A stretch of 64,000 nt of DNA, from contig CAXXUA010000003.1 of the NCBI GenBank assembly GCA_963663765.2, positions 256,001-320,000 on the forward strand, written 5' to 3'. Shown one piece after another: positions 10,706 to 19,530 of this stretch. The notes below the pieces were generated by a model. It was not told the DNA's origin and searched no databases. It was given only the letters and a program-made list of their open reading frames with translations. Every line of letters starts with the position of its first letter. The stretch's first letter is position 1. This stretch comes from Candidatus Poribacteria bacterium. Lineage in GTDB: Bacteria > Poribacteria > WGA-4E > WGA-3G. The translations under genes were made by a program, and so were the position numbers.

Positions 10706-11230
10706 AGTTGTTCTCCTAAAGTTGGTTAGTTGTTCTCTCATAGTTCTGATAAGTGTGCTAACACCGCACATCTATGAGATTAGTTCTGATGAATGAATGT
10801 TTGTTCGTTAAGACTTACCAGCAAAGGAACAAGTTGAACTTTCTTTTTTACAACATTTTTGCATATTACATCGGAGGGTTTTACCTTGGTAATAATGCGG
10901 GTTTCGGAGCGGAAAACCTTCCTAACCGCACTTCACGATGAGAATTTATTTATAATTATATCTTATTAAAATCCTTATGTCAAGGGAAAAATCAATCAAG
11001 ATTACGTACAGTCCTGTATAATACATATTTTTGTTCGTTTTTTGTATTGCTAAAATAGAATTATGCATTCAATTTGTCGTTAGCACTGATTGTTCAAAAC
11101 ATACCACGTGGTATGTTTTGAAAATTGGCTTTTAATCCAGTCGTAGTAAGACTTAAAAGGCTTTTATTCGTAACTTCAAAATTTTTCATGTGTCTTTTTG
11201 GTGTGTGTTTTTTCTTTATGTTCGTCATAA

Positions 11231-11362
11231 GCGTCAATTTAAGAAAAAGTGTTAGTTTTTTCCTTGTGGGTGGGGTTTTCAACCCCGAATTCACAATGGG
11301 AATAACGCATAATCGGGGTTAAAAACCCCTCCCACAAGAAAGTTTGTCCTTAAGTTTACACC
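11231..11362. mobile_element. MITE-like element, GGYGTCAA-end family, with GTGG-footed hairpin pair
   Basis: GCGTCAATTTAAG ... CTTAAGTTTACACC; core GTGGG..GGGGTTTTCAACCCCG ... CGGGGTTAAAAACCCCTCCCAC; siblings at 26958, 39293, about 51393. Confidence 0.65.
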
Positions 11363-11417
11363 TATAGAGTTGAAAACCCCTCCCACAAAAGGTCAAAATC
11401 CTTAAACAGAAGGAGCG

Positions 11418-14400
11418 CTATTCTTCAGTTTGACTCTTTTCAACAAATGCTCCAACACGACATACCCGTTTGTAAGCGCAGTAATTGCACGGAGCACTAA
11501 TCTCTTTAGGTTTGATAGGTGTGTCACCCTCACCTTCCGATTCTACATAAGTATCAACACGTGTGATAAGAGGAAAGATGCCGTTTGAGATACTATCAAC
11601 ATACTGTTGAACATAACCATTTACGCGTTCAAGAAGTATATCAAAAGTTGTTTCTTCTAATAACTGACCGCTTTTACTCGCCTTTTTCCATTCTTGACCG
11701 TTGTAAGTTCTGTAGGTAACATCGTTCAATATTTCTGTTCCAATACCAAGTTCAACTTTGCATTCATCCAGTCTTATTTTGTGATAAAGTCCTGCCGCTG
11801 TCTCTAATCCGGGGAAACCATTTTCATCAAGCAACTGCTTTGCGATTTGTAGATAAATGGGTAGTTGCAGACTCCGTCCCTCAAGTATATCTCTAATTCC
11901 CACTCTTGAACTACCTGTCTTGTAATCAATGATGTTGAAACTGCCTGGACTGATGTCTATACGATCAATTTTACCTACTAATGATATGTCTCCAATGGCA
12001 ATGGGTTTAGGACAACTGAGTTGCGTATCTCTCTGTCCGTGTGTTCTGCCGATACTCACTTCAAAGAAACTTTGTCCAACATGTAAATCGTAGGTGTGTT
12101 CGGCTTCAAGCCATTTGTGTAGCGATACACGTAACTTATCATTATCAATTACCCAAAAAAGATTGTTTCCATCAATATCCGAACGTTTATCCAATCTTTT
12201 TTCTGATTTGTTCTTTAGTATTTCATTTAATTGTCGTTTTGCTTCTTCAAAGGTTTCATCATCACATCTGTTAATAGGAGGGTCCTTTCGATTTTTTCTT
12301 TCCGTATAGAACGCGTAGAGAATATCATGTACCAAGGAACCCTTTTCAAGACTGGATAATTCATCCTCAAGTTCATCCTCTTCTATCTTTGCCTTCAGCA
12401 CTTTAGTAACAAAGTACTGAAATGGACATTTGGCGTAAGTTTCCAAATCCGTCACTGAAAATGATTGCTTTCTTAGATTATGCAAAAAAGAATGGCTTTC
12501 AGTGGAAAGATTTTCCTCAGTCAAAATTCCTTCATACGCTATTTTGTCATGCGTTTCTTCGCGGCTCTTTTCAACATTAACGACATGATTTATGAGTTGT
12601 TTCATATCTGCTGCTTCGGTAGGGAATTCCACGTCTGAAGGTTCATCTACTTTCCACACATATTCACCGTAAGTACTAAGGAAACCGGGAACACTTCTCT
12701 TTGTGGGGTTTGTAATTTCTTCCTTTCCGATGTCCACGATTGCTGTTAATTGCGTTTGGAATAACGAAGGTATTAAGTCCGACACTTTTTCACGTTGCGG
12801 TACAAGGAGATAAAGTCGTTCACGAAAGGATTTGAGAACACGGTAAAACAGGAAGCGATTGTCGTATAGGAATTCGTCCTCAGTGCGATAAGGGGCATCA
12901 GGCAGCAATGGGTCAGGACGATAATGTGACGGGAATCCGCCGTCTACAAGATCACCTAAGAAAACGATTTTATACTCTAAACTTCTGAGTTGACCAAGTG
13001 TAGCAATTTTTACTGTTTCTGCTTTTGTCTGTGCTCTATTCTGATAGTGTGTATATTTTGCTACGTAGTTTAGTTTTTTTGCATAATCATTCAGATTGTA
13101 TGTCTCATCACGCTCAGATTTCAAGACATCACATAGCTCTTTGACAATCCTTCTGAATTGCTGTAATGCATTTATTTCACCTTCAACAATTTCGGTGTTT
13201 TTCCGAAACATAGGGTTCAAAATACGTTGAAGGACTTCACCATTGTTTAGGAGTTCCTCAACATATTGATGAAAATCATCTGGATGTAAGTTCTGATTAG
13301 ATGATTGATGATCAACATCTTCAAAATAGGTATTGCCTAAAGGTCTCCGGATTGGTGAAAGGCGAGAAAGGATTTCTTTGACGACCTCTGATTTTGTTAA
13401 CGGAATACTCTCTGCGAGTGAATACGGAATTCCAAAAGCAGGAAAAATCTCTACAATCCGCTGTTGATAGTAACTTAGATTATAAAACGTTACACAGATT
13501 TCACTCAATTGACATTTACCTTCTGACACATATCTTTGAATTAAGTAGGCAATTTGCTCAATTTCTTCAGTTCGATCAGATGGTTTCAAAACCCTAATTT
13601 GATCTGTTAGGTCAATTTTGTCATCTACATCATTCATCGTTTGGAACAAGTTTCTTGCAAAATGGTTGTGATTATCAGAATCGCGCTCATATTCGGAATC
13701 AATGTTAACACCTGCCTCTTCAAATTCTCTGACAAGGTCTATGATATTTTTGTAAAGGCATTCATTTTCTGGAAAACAGTCAGTGCGGAACCACATCTCT
13801 AATTCAGGTATTTCTGCAATACCTTTCAAGAGTTTGATGTCCGCTTTTGTCAGCACTGTGAAACCTTCAACGACAACAAGGTCTGCTTTCGGAAAAGCAC
13901 TTTTAAAGTAGTCATGTTCAAAGTGGTTTGCAAGGTAGAGATGTTTACCTCTGTCATCTATCCAGTTTTTTTGGAGTTTATCCTCATACTTATTATAGAT
14001 ATGAGATAGATCAGTCTTGGTGTGTGTATCTGTTGCGATGTTTTGGACAGTTTCGCCACGTTCCTTGAGGTTATTTATTGTGTCAGTGATGAGAGAGAGA
14101 GTGCTATCAGGTACAGCAACATCGGGATTTGGACGAAATGCGTTATATGCATAGGAGGCGGAATTATCCGAGTTTGGATTAACTATGTCGTGCAGCCAAA
14201 GGCTTTGGATTCCTGAGGAAATATGTTGTCTTGAAAGACGAACTTGGTTGTACAATCTTTGTACGAAATTTTCTATATCGTAGACCTGCAAATTGGCGAC
14301 TGCACTGTTTGGGTGAGATTCAATCAATTCGCGTTGTCGTCTTAAGCGCGCAGCATCGTTTGGTACAATGATAACACAAGCTTCTGCCTTATCGTCACGA

Positions 14401-14435
14401 ATACGCGTTTTGATGGTGTTTTCTATATCTTGCAT
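11418..14435 (-). CDS. addB: AddB-like helicase-nuclease subunit (PD-(D/E)XK nuclease with Fe-S staple)
   Basis: 1005 aa; YAKCPFQYF ... GKIDRID..IIDYKTG ... SLQLPIY ... CNYCAYKRVC. Confidence 0.78.
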   Translation of the reverse strand: MQDIENTIKTRIRDDKAEACVIIVPNDAARLRRQRELIESHPNSAVANLQVYDIENFVQRLYNQVRLSRQHISSGIQSLWLHDIVNPNSDNSASYAYNAFRPNPDVAVPDSTLSLITDTINNLKERGETVQNIATDTHTKTDLSHIYNKYEDKLQKNWIDDRGKHLYLANHFEHDYFKSAFPKADLVVVEGFTVLTKADIKLLKGIAEIPELEMWFRTDCFPENECLYKNIIDLVREFEEAGVNIDSEYERDSDNHNHFARNLFQTMNDVDDKIDLTDQIRVLKPSDRTEEIEQIAYLIQRYVSEGKCQLSEICVTFYNLSYYQQRIVEIFPAFGIPYSLAESIPLTKSEVVKEILSRLSPIRRPLGNTYFEDVDHQSSNQNLHPDDFHQYVEELLNNGEVLQRILNPMFRKNTEIVEGEINALQQFRRIVKELCDVLKSERDETYNLNDYAKKLNYVAKYTHYQNRAQTKAETVKIATLGQLRSLEYKIVFLGDLVDGGFPSHYRPDPLLPDAPYRTEDEFLYDNRFLFYRVLKSFRERLYLLVPQREKVSDLIPSLFQTQLTAIVDIGKEEITNPTKRSVPGFLSTYGEYVWKVDEPSDVEFPTEAADMKQLINHVVNVEKSREETHDKIAYEGILTEENLSTESHSFLHNLRKQSFSVTDLETYAKCPFQYFVTKVLKAKIEEDELEDELSSLEKGSLVHDILYAFYTERKNRKDPPINRCDDETFEEAKRQLNEILKNKSEKRLDKRSDIDGNNLFWVIDNDKLRVSLHKWLEAEHTYDLHVGQSFFEVSIGRTHGQRDTQLSCPKPIAIGDISLVGKIDRIDISPGSFNIIDYKTGSSRVGIRDILEGRSLQLPIYLQIAKQLLDENGFPGLETAAGLYHKIRLDECKVELGIGTEILNDVTYRTYNGQEWKKASKSGQLLEETTFDILLERVNGYVQQYVDSISNGIFPLITRVDTYVESEGEGDTPIKPKEISAPCNYCAYKRVCRVGAFVEKSQTEE

Positions 14436-14458
14436 CTTGAGGAATTATAGTATGTATA

Positions 14459-16363
14459 TTACTGAACTTTTGTGCCAAGTGACACTTCCGTTTCAGGCGT
14501 TGCTAAGACGACAGAGTCACCACTTGCTGCGAGGATCATTCCTTGCGATTCAACGTTGCGAATCGTCGCGGGTTCCAAATTTACGACTACGATCACCTGT
14601 TTACCGATTAGGATATCCGGTTTATAGTGTTCTGCTATGCCTGCGACTACTTGTCGTTTTTCTGTGCCAAGGTCAACCAGTAGTTTGAGAAGGCGATCCG
14701 CACCTTCAATCGGTTCAGCAGATACAACGTTACCAACCCTTAAATCCAGTTTTTGAAAATCAGCAAAGGAGATAAGATTGGTCGGCTTCTTCTCCGATTT
14801 TTGTTTCGGTTTATCTGCTTTTGCTTGCGGTGCTTTTTCTTTTTCCAGATCAACACGCGGGAAGATAGGTTTGCCTTTGCTAACCTTTAGGTCAGCAGGT
14901 AAACGTCCCCATTCTGCGACATTATCAAATTCTGTTAATCCGATCTGTTTTTGTATTTTCTCTGCAGTCTCTGGAATAAACGGTGATAGCAGCACAGAAA
15001 TGAATCGTAGTGCTTCTAAGCTATTGTAGAGGATAGTTGCCATTCTCGGTTTTGTTTCAGGTTTTGCCAGTGTCCAGACTTCAGTTTGTTGCACATAACG
15101 GTTGACGCGGCGAACAAATTCCCATATCGTTTCCAATACACTGTCAAAAGCAAATGCCTCCATTTGTGCGTCCATTTTTTCCATTGTCGCTTGTGCCATT
15201 TCCTTGATTTCTTCGTCAAAATCCCCTGGTGTCGTTGGTTCAGGTATTTCATCAAAGTTCTTGTTGACCAAACCGAGAACACGGTTGAGCAAATTGCCGA
15301 GATCATTTGCAAGGTCTGCGTTATAGCGTGCATGCAAACGAGTAGGACGGTAATCACCATCATTCCCGAAACTAAATTCGCGCAGAAGGTAATAACGGAA
15401 CGCATCAACACCATAAGTTTCTATATCGCCATCCATATCAATGAAGATACCGCGTGTTTTGCTCAGTGCTTCACCATCCTTTGTCAACCAACCGTGCGCG
15501 ACAATCTGTTTAGGAAGTGGTAGGTTCGCTGCCATCAACATTGCTGGCCAAAGTAGTGCGTGAAAACGGGTGATTTCCTTCGCCATCATGTGTACATCAG
15601 CAGGCCAAAAAGAATGATACCGTTCACTATCGGCATCATAACCCAGTGCGGTTATATAGTTCGGCAGTGCATCTATCCAGACATAAGCAATGTGTTCGGG
15701 GTCAAACGGCAACGGTATCCCCCACGAGACAGAGGAACGTGAAATACTGGTATCTTCCAATCCTGACTCCAACACGTTTAAGAGTTCATTCCGTCTGCTT
15801 TCAGGATAGACAAAATCGGGGTTCTCATTGTAATGTTGTAGCAAACGGTCCTGATACTTGGAAAGGCGAAAAAAATAGTTTTCCTCTTTCAACCATTCTA
15901 ACGGTAATTTATGAATCGGACAAATATTTTCATCGGTTAACTCCTTCTCTGGGAAGAAACGTTCACACGGACGACAGTAATGCCCTTCATAAGGTGCTTT
16001 GTAGACATCTCCACTCTCATAGAGTGCAGTAAGGAACTTTCTTATACCGCGTTTGTGGAGTTCGCTTGTTGTTCGGAGAAAGATGTCATTTGATATATTT
16101 AATCGTTCCCACAATTTAGTAAAAATTGGTGCTAACTTGTCGCAAAATGCTTGCGGGGGAAGACCTTCGGTTTCAGCTGTCTTATCAATGTTTGCACCGT
16201 GTTCATCAACGCCAGTTAGAAAAAATACGTTATTACCTTTGATGCGGTGATAACGTGCTAATGCATCAGCAGCAATGGTCGTGTAGGCGTGTCCCGCATG
16301 GGGTTCACCATTGGCGTAGTAGATAGGGGTGGTGACGTAAAATGTATTCATATATTTTCGCAA
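14459..16363 (-). CDS. metG: Methionine--tRNA ligase with C-terminal tRNA-binding domain
   Basis: YVTTPIYYANG.PHAGH, CRPC/CPIH knuckle, YVWIDAL, LANDLGNL, C-terminal ESQGMIL OB-fold. Confidence 0.97.
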   Translation of the reverse strand: MRKYMNTFYVTTPIYYANGEPHAGHAYTTIAADALARYHRIKGNNVFFLTGVDEHGANIDKTAETEGLPPQAFCDKLAPIFTKLWERLNISNDIFLRTTSELHKRGIRKFLTALYESGDVYKAPYEGHYCRPCERFFPEKELTDENICPIHKLPLEWLKEENYFFRLSKYQDRLLQHYNENPDFVYPESRRNELLNVLESGLEDTSISRSSVSWGIPLPFDPEHIAYVWIDALPNYITALGYDADSERYHSFWPADVHMMAKEITRFHALLWPAMLMAANLPLPKQIVAHGWLTKDGEALSKTRGIFIDMDGDIETYGVDAFRYYLLREFSFGNDGDYRPTRLHARYNADLANDLGNLLNRVLGLVNKNFDEIPEPTTPGDFDEEIKEMAQATMEKMDAQMEAFAFDSVLETIWEFVRRVNRYVQQTEVWTLAKPETKPRMATILYNSLEALRFISVLLSPFIPETAEKIQKQIGLTEFDNVAEWGRLPADLKVSKGKPIFPRVDLEKEKAPQAKADKPKQKSEKKPTNLISFADFQKLDLRVGNVVSAEPIEGADRLLKLLVDLGTEKRQVVAGIAEHYKPDILIGKQVIVVVNLEPATIRNVESQGMILAASGDSVVLATPETEVSLGTKVQ

Positions 16364-16391
16364 TTGGTTTTGATTTTAAAATTGTCGGTCT

Positions 16392-16994
16392 TTAAGATTT
16401 TTCAATAAAAAGTGAATCGGGTATCCCCGCTTGAATTTCTTCAAATGAAAGGGAAAATCCTGTGCTAAGATAACCACCTTCAGCATTTGCGTACTGTCTA
16501 CGTTTCATATATACGTCTTCATTCTTTTATACGTCTTCATTCTTTATAAGCAGTGTTTGGAATTGTTTAAAATTTATGAAGATACATAATGATCGGGGCC
16601 ATATAGCATAGGCGAGGTAATCACATATGATATCGGTATCCCATCCCCATCCAACTTTCCAAATCCGTTTATCTTCCCATCTCTCCACAAAAACATCCCC
16701 GTAATCCTGATATCGAACTTTTTCCTCAACTATAAAACTTCTACCATCGTTAAATAAAATTCGCTTGTCTAAACCTTTTTTTTGAGTATCGTTATCTTGG
16801 TAGATTTTTATTTGGCTGCGCGGGAAGGGGTAATTCTCAAGATATGGGTTAGGATCAATTGAACAATTAAACTCCATATATGCTAATGTGCTGCCTTTCT
16901 TAGACGCAAATTCTTTGTAAAACTCAACCCATAACGGATCAAACGATCTCTTTTCACTTATGATACGTCTATGTTCAAAGGAATTATTTTTCAC
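16392..16994 (-). pseudogene. Putative PD-(D/E)XK-like nuclease interrupted by a premature stop from an 18-bp tandem duplication
   Basis: GLD..I...IVEEKVR..DYGDVFVE motif; stop at 16527-16529 lies at the duplication junction; frame continues YMKRRQYANAEGGYLSTGFSL...EKS* to 16392. Confidence 0.6.
16510..16545. repeat. Exact 18-bp tandem duplication
   Basis: TATACGTCTTCATTCTTT at 16510-16527 and 16528-16545. Confidence 0.9.
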
Positions 16995-17036
16995 TTTACG
17001 TCCTCTAAGTCTTACATACCAATAGTGTTTTTCTTT

Positions 17037-17687
17037 TTATGAGTCTGAAAAGTTACGTGACACTTCTTTGTTGAAAAAGATAGGATCATGCCAATAACAC
17101 CCAACACATGTGCCTTTGTATTCACCATTGCCACGAACTTGACTGACTTGATAACCTAAACGTTTAGCATCAAAACGTTTTCCAGTGTCTCGGCATTCAA
17201 CACAATGCTGACGTTTAGCGTAATTACCAGGTTTAGATAACGGTTGAAAGTCGTCTAACTTTAAACATTTAACATCACTCAATCTCGGATCATCTAACCG
17301 TCCATCTTTATGGTCACAGTCAGGTTTGCTTGTACCTAAAACAACACAGTTTTTAGATGTGATAATTTGTCGAAAGCTGTCAGGGATTGGTTTTTGAGTT
17401 CCAGGTGCTTTTTTATATCCATGCAACTCTATATGTGTATTCTTATTGCCTTTGCCTTTTTTGTGTCTGAGAACATTGTAATATTTTGCTAATGTGCCAT
17501 CTGCGCGCGCCCAATCAGCACCGTTACCGAATTTAAGTCTTTCATATTTCCCTACAAATTCCTCCACTGAAACTTCACGACTGAAACCTAATTCATCAGG
17601 ATTTGCTAATTCTACAAATAAAGCGTTCTTACTTCCTAACTTGAATTTAGGTGGAAGGTTTGCATCATTTTTCTGGTTTCTGTTCAT
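17037..17687 (-). CDS. HNH-type restriction endonuclease, IceA1/NlaIII-like family
   Basis: LFVELANPD..GFSR, FGNG..WAR, DHKDGR.DD.R, DFQPL, KRQ.C..C, C..C; overlaps the MTase stop. Confidence 0.72.
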   Translation of the reverse strand: MNRNQKNDANLPPKFKLGSKNALFVELANPDELGFSREVSVEEFVGKYERLKFGNGADWARADGTLAKYYNVLRHKKGKGNKNTHIELHGYKKAPGTQKPIPDSFRQIITSKNCVVLGTSKPDCDHKDGRLDDPRLSDVKCLKLDDFQPLSKPGNYAKRQHCVECRDTGKRFDAKRLGYQVSQVRGNGEYKGTCVGCYWHDPIFFNKEVSRNFSDS

Positions 17688-18381
17688 TTTCCATCCTCTC
17701 CTGTGAAATTCTCACATAATTATCATCTATATCACATCCGGAAAAATGTCTAAAATTTCTCAGTGCTGCAACGCCGGTAGTGCCAGCTCCGAGGAACGGG
17801 TCTACAACAAGATCCCCTTGGCTACTATGCTTACGGACTAAATCCTCAAACAATAATAAAGGTTTTTGTGTGGGATGTTGTCTTTTGCCTTTGTGTCGGG
17901 GAATCGGATACTCATAGATACCAGAGTCATATTTGCTATTGAAAGTAGGTTTGCCAACTTTGACACCGACAACAGCCATTTCTCTACTATTAGAGAGATA
18001 GGTTGCACGCATATTTAATGGCACGGGATTAGTCTTTTGCCATATAATCTGTCGGAGCATTTTGAATCCTGCTGATTCCATTGCATCCTTAACCTTACCT
18101 ATTTTCCAAAGGTCATACCAGACAATAGCAGTACCACCTCGGCGTAAGGACTGATAAAACACCTTTGCCATAACGTCAAGATTTATCTCAACATGATCCC
18201 ACGGACCAAAGTCCATACTAACAGCAAATCTCTTTACACCGTTTACAACATCTGAAAATCCCGTTTTTTTGCTGATGCAATAGGGCGGGTCTGTTAAAAT
18301 AAGATCCACTGATCCAGGGGACAATGAAGCCATAAAATCTTGATAATCTGCCACTGTGACGCTAAAATTTGTAAACAACAT
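17665..18381 (-). CDS. N4/N6 DNA methyltransferase (beta class)
   Basis: TDPPY motif IV precedes HPTQKP and DPFLGAGTT motif I. Confidence 0.93.
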   Translation of the reverse strand: MLFTNFSVTVADYQDFMASLSPGSVDLILTDPPYCISKKTGFSDVVNGVKRFAVSMDFGPWDHVEINLDVMAKVFYQSLRRGGTAIVWYDLWKIGKVKDAMESAGFKMLRQIIWQKTNPVPLNMRATYLSNSREMAVVGVKVGKPTFNSKYDSGIYEYPIPRHKGKRQHPTQKPLLLFEDLVRKHSSQGDLVVDPFLGAGTTGVAALRNFRHFSGCDIDDNYVRISQERMENEQKPEK

Positions 18382-18587
18382 CGTTGGTTTCCTTCTGATT
18401 AAAAAATACCTTCAGACCTTTAGAAACTACCTTTTGATGTCAGTTTCGGTTCTCTGCTATAGATAGGTAAATACATGTAGTATTAATCTGATTGGGTATG
18501 GGATACAAAACAATATCAAATGCTATCATATCGAGGTTTGTTTGTCAAGGGTGTGTAAAGTATTTACACTTGTCTGATCCATGTTTT

Positions 18588-18818
18588 TCAGACTAAATTC
18601 GTATCTATGGATGAACCCTCTGAAACCCAATCCGCTGTAGCTTCAGCGAATTCTTTAGATAGTTCTTCAGAAACAGTTTGCTCAAGAACTTCAATAATAT
18701 CTTGTCGGAATTTTTCCCAATCTTGACCGCGCCGCGTGAAACGATACATATCCGAAAATTCAATAAACATGGTATCATTCGTTTCAGACATTGATTCTAA
18801 ATAACGTTTAACTTCCAT
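18588..18818 (-). CDS. Small acidic hypothetical protein
   Basis: 76 aa, RBS GAGGAG, directly downstream of the HAD gene. Confidence 0.65.
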   Translation of the reverse strand: MEVKRYLESMSETNDTMFIEFSDMYRFTRRGQDWEKFRQDIIEVLEQTVSEELSKEFAEATADWVSEGSSIDTNLV

Positions 18819-18835
18819 TTTCTCTCCTCATAAGG

Positions 18836-19522
18836 TTATGTTGCTTTCATCCATTCATGGATTTCCCAATCTGTTTCAAGTGCAAGTTTACGCAACGCTT
18901 TGCTGGGGTTTACTGCTATCGGATTGCCCACACAATCTAACATCGGCAGATCGGATTTGCTATCACTATAAGCATAGCAGATATCCAAGGATATTCCTGC
19001 TTGCTCAGCAAACTTTTTCATAACAATTGCTTTTTGTTCACCGATAAGCGGTTCAGTTGTGAGTTCCCCCGTAAACTTCCCAGCATGTTCCGAAAGTTTG
19101 GCAGCTAAAACAGTATCTACACCGAAATGTTCCGCTATAGGACGCACAATAAAATCCAACGATCCTGTCAATAACACGACATGGTCTCCTTGTGCCTTAT
19201 GCTCCTCTATTTGTGAAATAGCTTCCGGAAAGACTTTTTTGCAGAGGTAATTGTTGAACATGTCATCTGCTAACGCCTTTACAAGTGCAGCATCCATACC
19301 ACGATAATTCCGATAGAAAACCTGATTAAATCGCACCCTGCTAATCTTGTCAAGAATTAGGTAGTATGCGATCTTCGGGAGAAACCCGATGATCCAGAAA
19401 AGTTTCTGAATAGAAAACATTGAGGAGGTCCGCAACCAGATGTAGCAATGTACAATCGTAGAACTCAACAACGTGCCGTCTACATCAAAAAAAGCAATGG
19501 TTTTTCTTTGAAACGTTTCCAT
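18836..19522 (-). CDS. HAD-IB family phosphatase (SerB-like)
   Basis: FFDVDGTL, LLTGS, K, YSDSKSDLPML, AVNP. Confidence 0.92.
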   Translation of the reverse strand: METFQRKTIAFFDVDGTLLSSTIVHCYIWLRTSSMFSIQKLFWIIGFLPKIAYYLILDKISRVRFNQVFYRNYRGMDAALVKALADDMFNNYLCKKVFPEAISQIEEHKAQGDHVVLLTGSLDFIVRPIAEHFGVDTVLAAKLSEHAGKFTGELTTEPLIGEQKAIVMKKFAEQAGISLDICYAYSDSKSDLPMLDCVGNPIAVNPSKALRKLALETDWEIHEWMKAT

Positions 19523-19530
19523 CTTATTTT

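Noticed and set aside
10870-10940. Riboswitch upstream of DUF1501
   Set aside because: GC-rich pairing potential but no recognisable aptamer consensus
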